Source: Octopus bimaculoides (Eukaryota). From it: a stretch of DNA of 46,154 bases. Made by a program: the position numbers and the translations under genes. Below are positions 23,544-36,170 of the stretch, piece by piece (position 1 is the first letter of the stretch; each line of letters begins with the position of its first letter). The notes beneath the pieces are model-generated. The model was given only the letters and a program-made list of their open reading frames with translations. It did not search any database and was not told the origin of the DNA. Location: NCBI RefSeq assembly GCF_001194135.2, contig NC_068982.1, positions 174,039,803 through 174,085,956 on the forward strand, written 5' to 3'.

Positions 23544-23980
23544 GGTATGTATGTATATATATGTTTGTGTATATGTATGTATGAATGTGTTTATATATAT
23601 ATATAACGTATTCAGACACGCAGTTTTATAAGGCCACCGCTTTTATGTAACCAACACCAACGTCAACATAGTCATTATAATTTTTTTCCACTACCTCCAC
23701 CGCGACCATCACTCCCAATGCCACCATTAGTGCATCATCAACAATATTACTAGTCCATATGACCAACCAGACTCGTTATTGTTTTAGCTAGTAACACCAT
23801 TATACTGAGATCTAGTAGAAATGTCCGTTGCTCACTAACGCTCACCACGTTTACAAAAGTACACACACATATGCATGCACGCACACACAAACACACACTA
23901 ACAATAATACTACAACAAAACAAAGACACATTTTCATATAAAACATGCCATGAAAAGTTAAAGATACAGCCAGATTCATC

Positions 23981-25207
23981 TCACTAGAGAATACATAGGC
24001 ACACACTCATTACAAGACACACACACACACACAAACACGCTGTTAAACACACGCTTTCAAACACATTGGTGTATAGTCCTACAAGTGTTCAAATATACAT
24101 ATATGAACACAAAGAGAGTTAATCGCCGTAGCTGCAAACACCCCACCATTTCTGATCTATTGTTATGTCACGCAGAACATGATCAAAGCAAATCTTGCAT
24201 TGTCAATATTAATGCACGTCTTTATGTCTGCATGTATGGATTTGCATTCAATATATACGTGTATGCATACATACACAAATACATGCGTACAAACATACAT
24301 GCTTGCATACATACATGGATATGTGTATGTGTGTTTGTGTATATATTATATAAGTACTTGTATGTATCTATGTATTTATGTATGTATTTATGTATGTATG
24401 TATGTATGTATGTACAGACGCAGAAAGAAACACATAGTAATTGAAATAAGCTCATGTATATATAAATACGCTCATATACATATATATATATATACATGGG
24501 GAGTAAAATATGAATGTAAATACTACCATGTATGAATGCAAGTGTGCGTCTTTCTTTCTTCCTCTCCGCCCTCTTTCTCTCTCTATCTCACTCACTCTCT
24601 TTCTCTTTCCTTTTACGTATGTATATATATTTATGTCATAAATATATACAAATAAACATATAGATTTCAATATAATTTGAATTGTGCATATATCGACACA
24701 TATGTACATATACATGTGTATAGAATATAAGCACTCATACACTATTGTGAATTGATTCTGCTACATGTTTCTACTATTGGACTGCAGTTTGGGTTAGGTA
24801 TTGTCCACAAGGTTTTAAACATGTGGGAAACTGCATCCCGTTGGTAGGAGGATTGTGAACTCAAAATTGTGTTTGAAAAATATGAATATGACACCAAGTG
24901 TAATGATTATTCTTGGAAGTTTACGCACTCTCACAGACAGACACACACACACACACTCGCATGCGCGCGCACATACACGCACGCACACATACACGTACAC
25001 ACACTCATACACACATATACCCACATATATGTATATATATGTGCTAACATGCTATCTTAAACATCTAACACTAGCGCTAACATGCTATCTTAAACATCAT
25101 ACCTTGTCATTGACATGTATTTTTACATTAACGTTTTATATTATGTACGTATGTATTCATACGTACCTTTATACATACATACTTATATATAACTGTGTGT
25201 GTATCTT

Positions 25208-25257
<50 letters not shown>

Positions 25258-25968
25258 AGGGGTAGACGTGTCTCTGTGTTTGCGCACGCATTTAAATTCA
25301 GGAAAGGATTGTATACAGCTTCCCTTGTGAATAAATCTGGGGAAGTAGTGTGATTATAAAAGGAGAAAACTTGATACACAGCTAACGTTGTCAGTTTCAT
25401 TGTGACGCATACTTAATGTGTTATACGTATGTCTGTTATATACGCTTGTATGCGAGTATATATATTCGTTTGCATGTATGCATACTTACATGTATATAGT
25501 TATGTAAGTCTAGCTCTATGTATTTAAGCATAAATATTGTATGTATGTATGTATGTTCATACATATGCACACACACACACGAATAACGGCATATATGTCA
25601 GAAGAAACATACTTGATTTATTGAAATCAACCTGCTTCGAGAGAAGATAAACAAACACCTGGGCGTGATTGCAGCCAACTCCGGATGATAATCTCAAGAA
25701 TCACCAATTTTCGAGAACCAATATGATGCTACTGAACTAAATACAGTCTGACTTGTTTGTTTTTCTAGCGATAAGGGGACAGATGGAAGCACGTGTTACT
25801 GCTTCAATAGGCTTTATCAGCATAACGTTGTTATCTTGTCCTACCTTGACTCCAGCTAACATAAAACTTAGACATTTACATATTCACTAGAGAATACATA
25901 GGCACACACTCATTACAAGACACACACACACACACAAACACGCTTTTAAACACACGCTGTTAAACACA
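23981..25968 (+). repeat. 61-bp perfect direct repeat pair (23981-24041 / 25884-25944) with swapped 3' subunits
   Basis: tcactagagaatacataggcacacactcattacaaga(ca)n aaacacgct is identical in both copies, including CA tract length. Confidence 0.85.
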
Positions 25969-26089
25969 AGTGCAAGAAACATTTATGGATAATTTGTATA
26001 ATTAAAATAGTTATGGGTAAGACGAAATAAATGACAGAAAATTGGCCAAACATATAGAGACCTGCTCTACCTTGATTCCAAGTTAGAAC

Positions 26090-27595
26090 AACTGCAAGTT
26101 AGAGACTATTGAGATGGCTACGTTCGATTATGAAAAGAATTATTAAAACTCTATATGCTCATAATAATGAAATCCACACCGCTCTTTACGGATTTACGAA
26201 GTATCATGAAACCTACAGGGATCGTATTGTTGGACAAACCACCCACCTTGTATGTATTGCTAACAATACTAACAACTACAGAGTATCATAGTTCTCTCAC
26301 AAATTCTCGCTTGATGGATGAGATTGACTCTAGAGATATGTGATAGCATGGAAAGCCTACTCAACAAGACTGATGAGTATGATCCTAATTACGGTTCCAA
26401 CTACTGCATTAAACGCAAAATGTAATATCATTATAACCTTCTATTCATGCAAACTTTGCCAGTGAAAAGATGTGTGCCATTAATTTTGCCAGTAAAGTAA
26501 TATTCCTTAATGTCAATATTAAGGAACTGGCTGGCTGTATCTCATCCTAAGGAACATTTTCTAAACATTGCTTAAAAACCTTGTCCTCGAAAAAGATTGA
26601 GTATTTCCTCTTAACCAGCCATTGTTAATTCTTTCGTTAAAAATGTCTCCAGTGAACGCTGGACTGGGTAAACTGGACCAGCCCAGACCCATTCATAGAA
26701 TAACAGCGTCAGAAACCCGATAATTGCGCAATTCAGTCATTGACATCCTTAAGGACACTTTAAAATATATATATGGATTAAATTAAATACTATTTTTAAC
26801 AAAGTAAAGAAGCTACTCTCAGGATTGAAATTGCTGGAGACATCGACCTTTGTGTGGCGTGATGGATTAAAGAAGTAACTCAAAATTGAAATATTTCTAA
26901 TATTAATACAACACAGTAGGCAGCGAGCTAACGGAATTGTTAGCACACAGATGACATAGCAAACGAACTTTTGAAGAAATAATCAAGAATTTTCAGTGAA
27001 AATGTTACCATATGGATGTCCATTTAATGGTCAATTGATGAGGTTGAATAAATTTTGATAACATTGCTAACAAAAAAATGGAGGGAGAAGCGACATATTA
27101 AGTTGTAAACAACGATACAACTCTACAGATAAATCACACTGGTAATATAATGCATATGGTTATTGCTGATAGAATTAAAGCCGTTTATGAAATGCAAATA
27201 GCGGAAGAATATATTGGTATTAGAACTGGAAAAGGAACCTTTCGTTAATGTTTCTAACCAACGTTCAGGAAACTTGAGTTATTGATCTTATTGGCTATCA
27301 AAACAATTTTGATGAAGGTTTTCTCCCCAAAAGAGGCTCAGTTCGTGCAGAAATAGGATTAAGTTAACATTTTACAGAACCATTAAAATGACTTTATTCT
27401 CAGTAAACAGTGATTATGAAACTAATGAAATGGTATCAAGTGGAAACAGAAAGGCTGTATCAGTTCTCATTCTGTTTCACATCTATGCTGAAAATGTAGT
27501 GACTGAAGCTCAATGATATTTTTTGACAGTACAGTCAAAATCGGTTGAAGAATGGTCACCAACTTCAGATATGCGGAACTATAATTGCTCTTATT
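26090..27595 (+). pseudogene. Ancient RTE-clade LINE fossil (APE to RT)
   Basis: IKAVYEMQIAEEYIGIRTGKGT (cf. EEQAGFR.G.GT); LFHIYAENVVTEA; STVKIG*RMVTNFRYA (cf. NLRYADD). Many stops and frameshifts. Confidence 0.6.
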
Positions 27596-27740
27596 ACCGT
27601 TAAGCTTGAAAAAAATGAAGAGTTTATTATAGGAAGAGGAAGAAAATATTCTTTTTTTTCTTTTTCTTTTGGCTTCTTACCATTTAATTATTTCCCCTCT
27701 TTCTTTAAGTCTTTAAGACTTTGATATGCAAGCGTACCAT

Positions 27741-27850
27741 AAGATGGCGAGCTGGCAGAATCGTAAGCACGCCGGACAAATTGCTTAGCGGCATTTCGCG
27801 CGTCTTTGTATTCTAAATTCAAATTCCGCCAAGTTTGACATTACCTTGTC
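27741..27850 (+). mobile_element. SINE 5' half
   Basis: aagatggcgagctggcagaatcgtaagcacgccggacaaattgcttagcggcatttcg...aattcaaattccgcc. Confidence 0.8.
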
Positions 27851-27951
27851 TATTTGTACCAAAATCTGAACCTGATATGCAAGTGTACCTTATCAGTCCA
27901 CCTCCTGCTATTTTGTTTTATCAACCCACCTCCGAAATGGGTTAAAGACAT

Positions 27952-27999
<48 letters not shown>

Positions 28000-28021
28000 A
28001 ATATATATATATATATACATA

Positions 28022-29186
28022 TTAGGTTGTCAAGAAAGTTCTTGCGGTTTTTAACCTTTAAATTCAGATGCACATATCTCGGCTCAAACAAAACTTTATT
28101 AATCGAAATAAATGCCATCAGAATCAACATACTTTTGCCAACGCGAAACAAGTTTATTTATGACAGTAACGTAAAAATCCTGCGTTCTGGTGGCGATGAA
28201 GTCGTTGAAGGCGTGTTTGGCATCGTCTTGGTTTTTGAAGCATTTCTCACGCAGGAAGTTGTCGAGATGCTTNNNNNNNNNNNNNNNNNNNNNNNNNNNN
28301 NNNNNNNNNNNNNNNNNNNNNNNNNNNNNNNNNNNNNNNNNNNNNNNNNNNNNNNNNNNNNNNNNNNNNNNNNNNNNNNNNNNNNNNNNNNNNNNNNNNN
28401 NNNNNNNNNNNNNNNNNNNNNNNNNNNNNNNNNNNNNNNNNNNNNNNNNNNNNNNNNNNNNNNNNNNNNNNNNNNNNNNNNNNNNNNNNNNNNNNNNNNN
28501 NNNNNNNNNNNNNNNNNNNNNNNNNNNNNNNNNNNNNNNNNNNNNNNNNNNNNNNNNNNNNNNNNNNNNNNNNNNNNNNNNNNNNNNNNNNNNNNNNNNN
28601 NNNNNNNNNNNNNNNNNNNNNNNNNNNNNNNNNNNNNNNNNNNNNNNNNNNNNNNCGGCATCCATTTCTCAAATATTTTTATTTTTCCAATCTCTTTCAA
28701 ATGGTCAGAAATTGTCGTATACGTTACGTCTAATTCAGAAGCAAGCTCTCGCACAGTTGTGCGTGGATTGGCTTCGACTAAGGCTCTTAGTTGATCGCTG
28801 TCAACATCCGATGGCCGACCACAACGCTTATCATCTTCAAGACTCTCGTCACTGCTACGAAATTTCTTCAACTACCATTGTACTGTACGTTCATTAGTGG
28901 TTCCTGGGCCAAACGCATCGTTGATATCGCGAGATGTTTCAGCAGCTTTTCGGCCTAGCTTGAACTGGAATAAGAATATTGTGCGAATTTGCTTTTTCTC
29001 CATGTTGTATTCAACGTTCCGGAAAAAATGGCCTAATTATTCAAAAACGAAAAAGAGTAACACAATTAGATAGAGCGGAAAACAGGCTTTATAATGATAT
29101 ATAAAGTAATTTAACGAAACTTAATTTGAAAATACATCATTTAAAACCAAAATTAAAAATTCCGCAAGAACTTTCTTGACAACCTA

Positions 29187-29187
<1 letters not shown>
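28022..29187 (-). mobile_element. Mariner (DD34D) transposon with perfect 26-bp TIRs and TA TSD; transposase disrupted, centre in gap
   Basis: TIR ttaggttgtcaagaaagttcttgcgg at 28022-28047 and its reverse complement at 29162-29187, TA flanks. ORF 29003-28099: MEKKQIRTIFLFQFKLGRKAAET..VQW*LKKFRS..LEDDKRCGRPS..WMP [gap] ..LVSRWQKYVDSDGIYFD. Confidence 0.95.
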
Positions 29188-29239
<52 letters not shown>

Positions 29240-29689
29240 CATGTATGTATGTATATGTATAGGTACGTATCTGTATGCACACACGCACACGCACACATGC
29301 ACACACGTACATTATATGTTGAATTGTATCTTTTTGTCAGGTTATTACATATATATATATCTATAAATGCTCTCACACGCAAGCACGTGAGTTTCTGTAT
29401 GTGCTACTTTTCTGAGAAAGATGCAATTCAGTTTTTAAAAAATATCATTATCCGCTAACTTTCTTCCTTCTTTCGTACTTCAGTAAAATACGATACATCA
29501 TTTATCTAGTATTTTGCACAGTTACGATATGTTGAAACAAACTGTCAGCAAAAACAGGTAATTGAATATACAATAAGAAACAAATCTTTTGTCTTGAATT
29601 GTTATATATTTCGTTGCCTGAAACAATACTTCAGATGTTTATTTGGTTCTTTTTTTTTTTACACAAGACGGATTTGTTAACACCGTGTC

Positions 29690-29750
<61 letters not shown>

Positions 29751-30004
29751 ACGTGTGTGTGTGTACATGGTTTTATTAAATTCATCTAAATATATATGGA
29801 GGTGAATGTGTGAGTGTCCTAATTTTAACATGTCATGATGGACGAGTATTACCGTCATACATGCGGCGTCGTTCTTTCAAATCTGCAGTCAAATCATTAC
29901 AGGCAACGAGAATGTATTGCCTCAATTGGAAACAAATGACAACCTGTTGTAGAAAATCTACCTCAACGAATACCATTTTAACCTTAGAGGCACAGAAAAG
30001 TGAT

Positions 30005-30036
<32 letters not shown>

Positions 30037-30041
<5 letters not shown>

Positions 30042-30294
30042 ATATAGGATAAAATCTTTATAAGAATTTATCAAGTAGTCAGCGTAAAAAAACCCCATAA
30101 GGAAAAAAATCTCATCGTTTTTTCCCCATAAATATATAATTTATATAAGGGCATTAACTATATAGTAATGCCTCACGCCTAGAGGGACTAAAAAAGTCAA
30201 AAACTACCAAGTTGCTTATTTTTTGGTAGTTCTTTACTTTTTTAGTCCCTCTAAGCGTGAGGCATTACTATATAGTTAATGCCCTTATATAAAT
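30037..30294. repeat. Fold-back palindromic element next to (TA)n
   Basis: 72-bp arms 30139-30210 and 30223-30294 with 3 mismatches and a 12-nt loop. The right arm runs into the gap 30295-30428. Confidence 0.85.
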
Positions 30295-30431
30295 NNNNNN
30301 NNNNNNNNNNNNNNNNNNNNNNNNNNNNNNNNNNNNNNNNNNNNNNNNNNNNNNNNNNNNNNNNNNNNNNNNNNNNNNNNNNNNNNNNNNNNNNNNNNNN
30401 NNNNNNNNNNNNNNNNNNNNNNNNNNNNATA

Positions 30432-31297
30432 TAGAGTGTAGTGAACATATTGTCGTCTGAATTACGCAAAAATGAAAATAACGCTGACATCTCATTTTAT
30501 CAGTTATATTTATCAAAATTACATAAAAATATTTTGAAATGCTACAGTAAATTTAATCAATAAAATTGCCATTGGTTTTAACCACGGCGTCCAGATGACT
30601 TCGGAACCTCTTGCAACTCTTCTGGACGGTTTCCTTGTTTAAGTTAGTGAATACTGTCATAATTCTTGCCTTCAGTTCATCTTTAGTATAACAAAGAGTT
30701 TTTTTGCTCAACTGCACCTCACACATAATAATGAAGGAGGTTACTGCCTGGAGAGTTATGTGGCCAGATGTTAGGGGTGACGTGAACGCAGAAATTGTCT
30801 GACAGCCATGATGGGTTCTCTTGCTTGTGTGGCATGGTACAGAGTCCTGTTGCCAGACATAGGTTCTTCTAACAGCCACCCTCTTGACCCAGGGCAGCAC
30901 TACCTTTTCCGGTTACTTGATGTAGGCCTCCGTGTTGAGTCTGAGGCTGTGTGGGAAGATGAATAGAAAAATGACGTCGCCATCACTAGTGATCACTCGA
31001 AACACCATGCTGTTGACTGGATGTCTGATTTTTATCACTCTCGGTAAATGCACTGTCCTCAGATTGACACCCAACTCTCTGAAGTGTTCGTGTTGGAGCT
31101 TCCGGCGCGAATGTCAAGCAGTATAGCATGTCTTTTCCAAATTACTGGCAGAGTGAATTGCGTTATGGTGCTGTTTTTCTCACAGACAGTGCCCAACTGA
31201 CCCTATTATACTGCATAGTCAACAAAATCAAAAACAAATAATGCGCATACACGGACTTAAAAATATAAAATGGCGACAATCTACACATCGCACCCTG
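30432..31297 (-). mobile_element. Tc1/mariner DD37D (maT-like) remnant, internally deleted
   Basis: LPWVKRVAVRRTYVWQQDSVPCHTS..SWLSDNFC.HVTPNIWPHNSP.SNLLHYYV*GAVE..KDELKARI..RFRSHLDAVVKTNGNFID, with 37 residues between the catalytic D positions. TIR cagggtgcgatgtgtagattgtcgcc at 31297 and degenerate partner tagagtgtagtgaacatattgtcgtc at 30432; TA flanks. Confidence 0.85.
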
Positions 31298-31309
31298 TAG
31301 ATATATATG

Positions 31310-31348
31310 GTTTCATATCTAGCGTGAACTAGATATATCTTCAGTGTC
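31310..31348 (-). ncRNA. Hammerhead-like remnant at the PLE 3' end
   Basis: Minus strand: GACA-CTGAAGA-T-ATATCTAG(TTCACG)CTAGATAT-GAAAC. Perfect 8-bp stem II; stem III and cleavage site are absent where the maT element begins. Confidence 0.55.
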
Positions 31349-32730
31349 TCTAAACGATAACTGTTCTCTGCAAAGAATGTTTTTTAAAACAAAAGAACGT
31401 CGGTGATAGTTGAAGAAATATTGTCTTCCTTCGCTTGATAGCTAGGTTTTCCAATCTTGAAGTAAAAATTTCAGAAAATGTGGGCAACTCCCCACAGCTG
31501 GAGTTGAGGTATGCTCCTGACTCGTGTGAGTTTATAATTATTATATATTATTCTGCCATGTACAATTTACATGGACTTGTTCCATTGCGATAGGATCCAT
31601 AATTTCTAGTAATTTCCACCTGATGCTAAAGGAGCATATGATCGTTCTTTGGGCGCCATAAATATGCTGCGAGTGTCGTTGTGTTGCGTCTCTCCGGGAC
31701 CTGAAAGAAGATCTGTGTTTGTTCAGGTGAATTTTAAATTTGGATTCACAAGATCCAACATAAATTTTAGTGTGTGTCCCTGTATTGGCATTGATGTTAC
31801 TGATATTTGTGCTGATCCTGTTTGAGGATACCTATGGTTGGTACACTGTAGCCTCGGTGTTACATCAGCCGTCCACTGGGCATTCCTGCATGATCAACCT
31901 GCTTCTGTCCGTGATTTAGGAGTGCTAAGTAATTTTTTATTAACATTGGGTGCACTGAAAGAGATCCTTAAATTGTCTGTTAAAGATCTTTCTATATTTG
32001 TGTGATCACTTGAAACGCTTATCAACCAGCTTAAGAAAAATCTTACCTACACATTCCGGATGTTTAGGGAGAAGGTGGAGCGAACCATAAGGTCTTGCGT
32101 TTCCTTTTATGGTTGCTCGATCCTGATGTATGTACTATATGGTCCTTGAACCCACTGGCCACTAGCACCTCATTGTAAGCAGGGGCCGCTAGCACCTCAT
32201 TGTAAGCAGGGGCCGCTGCGTCGAAAATATTTGAAGATAGATCGAAATCCCTTTACTGATACCTTTTATTAGGTTTTTGAACACTATGGGTGGGTGGTAG
32301 GAGGCTGTATTAATGTATGATAACCTATCATTTGGTTTGTGGTATGTCTAAATCAAGCGGGACATCCAAGAAGTTCACCACAGTGAGGTTAGTCTCTATG
32401 GTGATTTTAAGGCCAAGGTTGTTGAGGGTGTGTATGATGTCTTTTCTATGCCTATCTGATGTAAGGCCGTTAGAGCCTTTGGAGATGGCTAAGGCATTAT
32501 CTCAATATAAGCAGAGGTGGACAGAGGGAAATTTATTACCTAGGGTGTCCAAAATGTAAAACCCTATAAGGTCGAAAATATCAGCGCTGTCATATGCCCT
32601 CATCGCGACGTCAAAAGAGACAGATAGACAGGCAGACAAACAAGGCAGAGATTCAAAAGATACTTTTAGCCCAAAAGACGTGAAGAAGGTGAAGAGTACG
32701 CCTCTACACGTCCGAATACCCATCACACGC
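31310..32730 (-). mobile_element. Naiad-like Penelope element: RT C-half, linker and GIY-YIG, pseudogenised
   Basis: FDVAMRAYDSADIFDLIGFYILDTLG, LY*DN (YRDD), VNFLDV, SYHPPIVFK, KTLWFAPP, *SCR..ECPVDG*CNTEATVYQ, YVGSCESKFK..LNKHRSSF, TTLAAYLW, SIRWKLL, SYRNGTSPCKL. Confidence 0.85.
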
Positions 32731-32964
32731 AGCCTCGTGCAAAGTTTGCCATAATCCTAGGTAAGATGTTAACTATTGGTACTATTTGAAACTGCAGCGA
32801 AAGTATTATAGAACTAAGTGCTAAATATAGACGATTTATCTATGGAAAAATCGTATATATGTGTAAGTAGTGGACTTCTTTCAGAAAGGATGTCAATCCT
32901 CCTGGAAATCGTAAGCCCACTCGGAAGAGTACACATGCTGTCTTCCTCTGATGGCATGTTATTG

Positions 32965-33110
32965 GTTTCAAATTTTGGCACAAGGCTAGCTATTTTGGGG
33001 GACGTGGTTCAATTACATCGACTCCAGTACTTGACTGGTATTTGTTTTATCGACCCCCAAAGTCGATATCGGTGGAATTTGAACTCAGAACGTAAAGAAC
33101 TGGTAGAAAT
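32965..33110 (-). mobile_element. SINE fragment
   Basis: ttttggcacaaggctagc..tttatcgaccccc..cggtggaatttgaactcagaacgtaaag. Confidence 0.75.
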
Positions 33111-33167
33111 TATGTTAATTATTCTACGAGTTCAACGCCCTCTTCTGGCTTGATATTACAAAGGCGA

Positions 33168-33385
33168 TTAAGGCGGGAAGCTGACAGAATCGTTAACACG
33201 CCGCAAAATGCTTGACCTCATTTCGTCCATCTTTATGTTTTGTGCTTAAATACCGCCGATGTCGACATTGTCTTTCATCCCTCGCGATCGATAAAATAAG
33301 TACCAGTTAAATATTGTGGTCGATGTAATCGACCAAATCCCATCCTACAGAATTTCAGACCATGTGCAAAGAGTAGAAAGGATAT
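33168..33385 (+). mobile_element. SINE, degenerate full length
   Basis: ttaaggcgggaagctgacagaatcgttaacacgccg..tctttcatccctcgcgatcgataaaataagtacc..aatttcagaccatgtgc..gtagaaaggatatt. Confidence 0.8.
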
Positions 33386-34453
33386 TTTAATGGCGATGAA
33401 ATCGATGTTTAATATGAAACAGTCGACTGCACACATTCATACAGACAGTGAAATAAATATATCTGTCTATGTATGTACATAAATCCATGTATGTGTGTGT
33501 TTGTGTGTGCGTGCTTGTGCTTATACCGAGCTAGGGTCTTAGAGAGAGGTCCATAGACAAATAGCTTGAGAGAGCTTTGAGGGAGGGACAGATATATAGA
33601 TAGATAGATATAGATATATATACACATGCAGATATATATAGATATATACAGATATATATATATATATATATATATANNNNNNNNNNNNNNNNNNNNNNNN
33701 NNNNNNNNNNNNNNNNNNNNNNNNNNNNNNNNNNNNNNNNNNNNNNNNNNNNNNNNNNNNNNNNNNNNNNNNNNNNNNNNNNNNNNNNNNNNNNNNNNNN
33801 NNNNNNNNNNNNNNNNNNNNNNNNNNNNNNNNNNNNNNNNNNNNNNNNNNNNNNNNNNNNNNNNNNNNNNNNNNNNNNNNNNNNNNNNNNNNNNNNNNNN
33901 NNNNNNNNNNNNNNNNNNNNNNNNNNNNNNNNNNNNNNNNNNNNNNNNNNNNNNNNNNNNNNNNNNNNNNNNNNNNNNNNNNNNNNNNNNNNNNNNNNNN
34001 NNNNNNNNNNNNNNNNNNNNNNNNNNNNNNNNNNNNNNNNNNNNNNNNNNNNNNNNNNNNNNNNNNNNNNNNNNNNNNNNNNNNNNNNNNNNNNNNNNNN
34101 NNNNNNNNNNNATATATATATATATATATATATATATACTCATATATATTTATGTTTGTGTGCGTGAGTAGATGTATGTGCGTCAATGTATGTGTGTATA
34201 TACGTATGGCTACCTGTTTGTGTATAGAATCGTCATCTGATTTCGAAGTTGTTACATTGGCCACTGCGTCATCCATGTGGCGCCATTGGTCTGACCCTAA
34301 CGACAATGTTGATTCTGAACACCTGCCAATTTTTTTCATTAGCTCAACTAATCTTCTGTTTCTATTTTCTCTTATTCTCCTTCACACACTTTCTCTCCCT
34401 CTCTCTTACTCTCACTTTCTCATTCTCTTTCTCTCCCTCTTTCATTGTTTGAA

Positions 34454-34558
<105 letters not shown>

Positions 34559-35412
34559 GCACACATATATACATATGCACACATATATATATACACGTAT
34601 TGTATTGCGCTGTATTTTATTTTCTACCTGTCTAACGTTTTTGTCCATCTCTCTGCTCATCTTTCTGTATTTATTGCTTTTCGCACCTTTGTTTCTACAC
34701 AACAATACATACATACACACACATATAGAAATACATGCATATATATACATACACGCATATACACATATATCATATATGCGAATATACAGCCCTTTACAAA
34801 CACGTACACACGTATATATAGTATATATGCATATCTGTATGTGAGCGTAATGTGTATATATATATGTGTGTGCGTGTGCGTGTGTGTGTACGCATCTATA
34901 TACGTGTGTGTATGTATATGTGTATGCATGAATGTTTGTATATAAGCATCTATGTATGTANNNNNNNNNNNNNNNNNNNNNNNNNNNNNNNNNNNNNNNA
35001 TATATATATATATACATATATATATGCAGGTAGATATGTATATGAGAAATATTTCTTCAATAACTTTTACGACGAATTTCTACTTCGTTTTCTTTATGTT
35101 ATCGTCTACCCCGTCTGAATTTTATCTATTTGTGTATTTAAATAACTATATACGTATATTTGTCTGTCTATCAATCTCTCTCTCTCTTTCTCTCTCTTTC
35201 TGCCTTCTGCCTGCCTGTCTGTCTGCTTGCCTGTCTGTCTGCCTGTCTGTCTGCCTGCCTGTCTGTCTATCTGCCTGTGTCTATTGTTTGTGTCAAAGTA
35301 TCTATGGCGCTTCACTTTTCAATTCCTAAACACACCTATCAGAACCTGAGACAGTAAACAGACAGAAGTTGTTTGTGTGCGCGTCTGAATGTGTGTGTGT
35401 GTGCGCGTCTGA

Positions 35413-35448
<36 letters not shown>

Positions 35449-35707
35449 GCGTGAGACGAGGGGGAATGATAAAGACATTGGGTCTTCATCCGAAGTCATT
35501 GTACGTATGCTGTAACATTTATTGTCATTGAAAAAAATCACTCGACTTCACACATTTCGTTAACACATGAAATATGATTATCTTATTTTCTATTGTTATG
35601 GCAAGCACTGTCAAAACCACCGCAACCACCAATACTATATCTTACAAAACTGCCACGGTTAACACCAACTGCATTAACACAACAACCACGATCTTGGACG
35701 AGTACAT

Positions 35708-35860
35708 GGTTATGGCTGTGTAATTAAAAATTTCACTTCACAAATGCACATTTTACGGTTTCGATCCTATTGTTTATGCGTCGCCTTGGGCAAGTGCTTT
35801 TATCCCGTTATTTTGGGCCTTCTAAAGTCCTGTGAGGGAGACTTGGTGGACAGAAAAGTG
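35708..35860 (+). mobile_element. Degenerate CORE-type SINE head
   Basis: tggctgtgtaattaa..ggtttcgatcc..gccttgggcaagtgc. Confidence 0.55.
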
Positions 35861-36170
35861 TCCTCGTCACCCCTACAATGGATACGATTGTTACTCTCAG
35901 TATCGCAACTACTACTATTATTATTGCTATCTCCACTGTCACCAGTAACAACGAGAGACCCTGGATAGTTGACGAGCTAGAAGTAGCAGTCTCGTTTCCC
36001 TCAAATCATATCCTTTCCCTTCGGAATGTAAAAAAGAAAATTTGTGGTAACGCAGGCTTAGAGGGAAAAAATGGAAATTTGTCGTAATCACAACCACATA
36101 AACGTTACACGTATGTCTAGAAACCGTGTGGTGTGCTTTTCTTATTGTGAACAAGGGTTTTCAGCAATGT

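Noticed and set aside
25043-25098. 23-bp repeat at 33-bp spacing (and a 21-bp tandem duplication near 3948-3980)
   Set aside because: Ordinary local slippage duplications; no further structure.
29810-30037. CpG-containing unique stretch with a 75-aa ORF
   Set aside because: No recognisable motif in any frame, it runs into (TA)n, and splice signals are unconvincing.
30148-30210. Hammerhead within the palindrome arm
   Set aside because: Hairpins are present but neither the CUGANGA nor the GAAA box is in the right place.
34214-34322. Possible 109-nt minus-strand exon; one frame shows a kinesin-like NIVVRVRP
   Set aside because: The kinesin-like frame stops five codons later, the open frame has no recognisable motif, and the acceptor lacks a pyrimidine tract.
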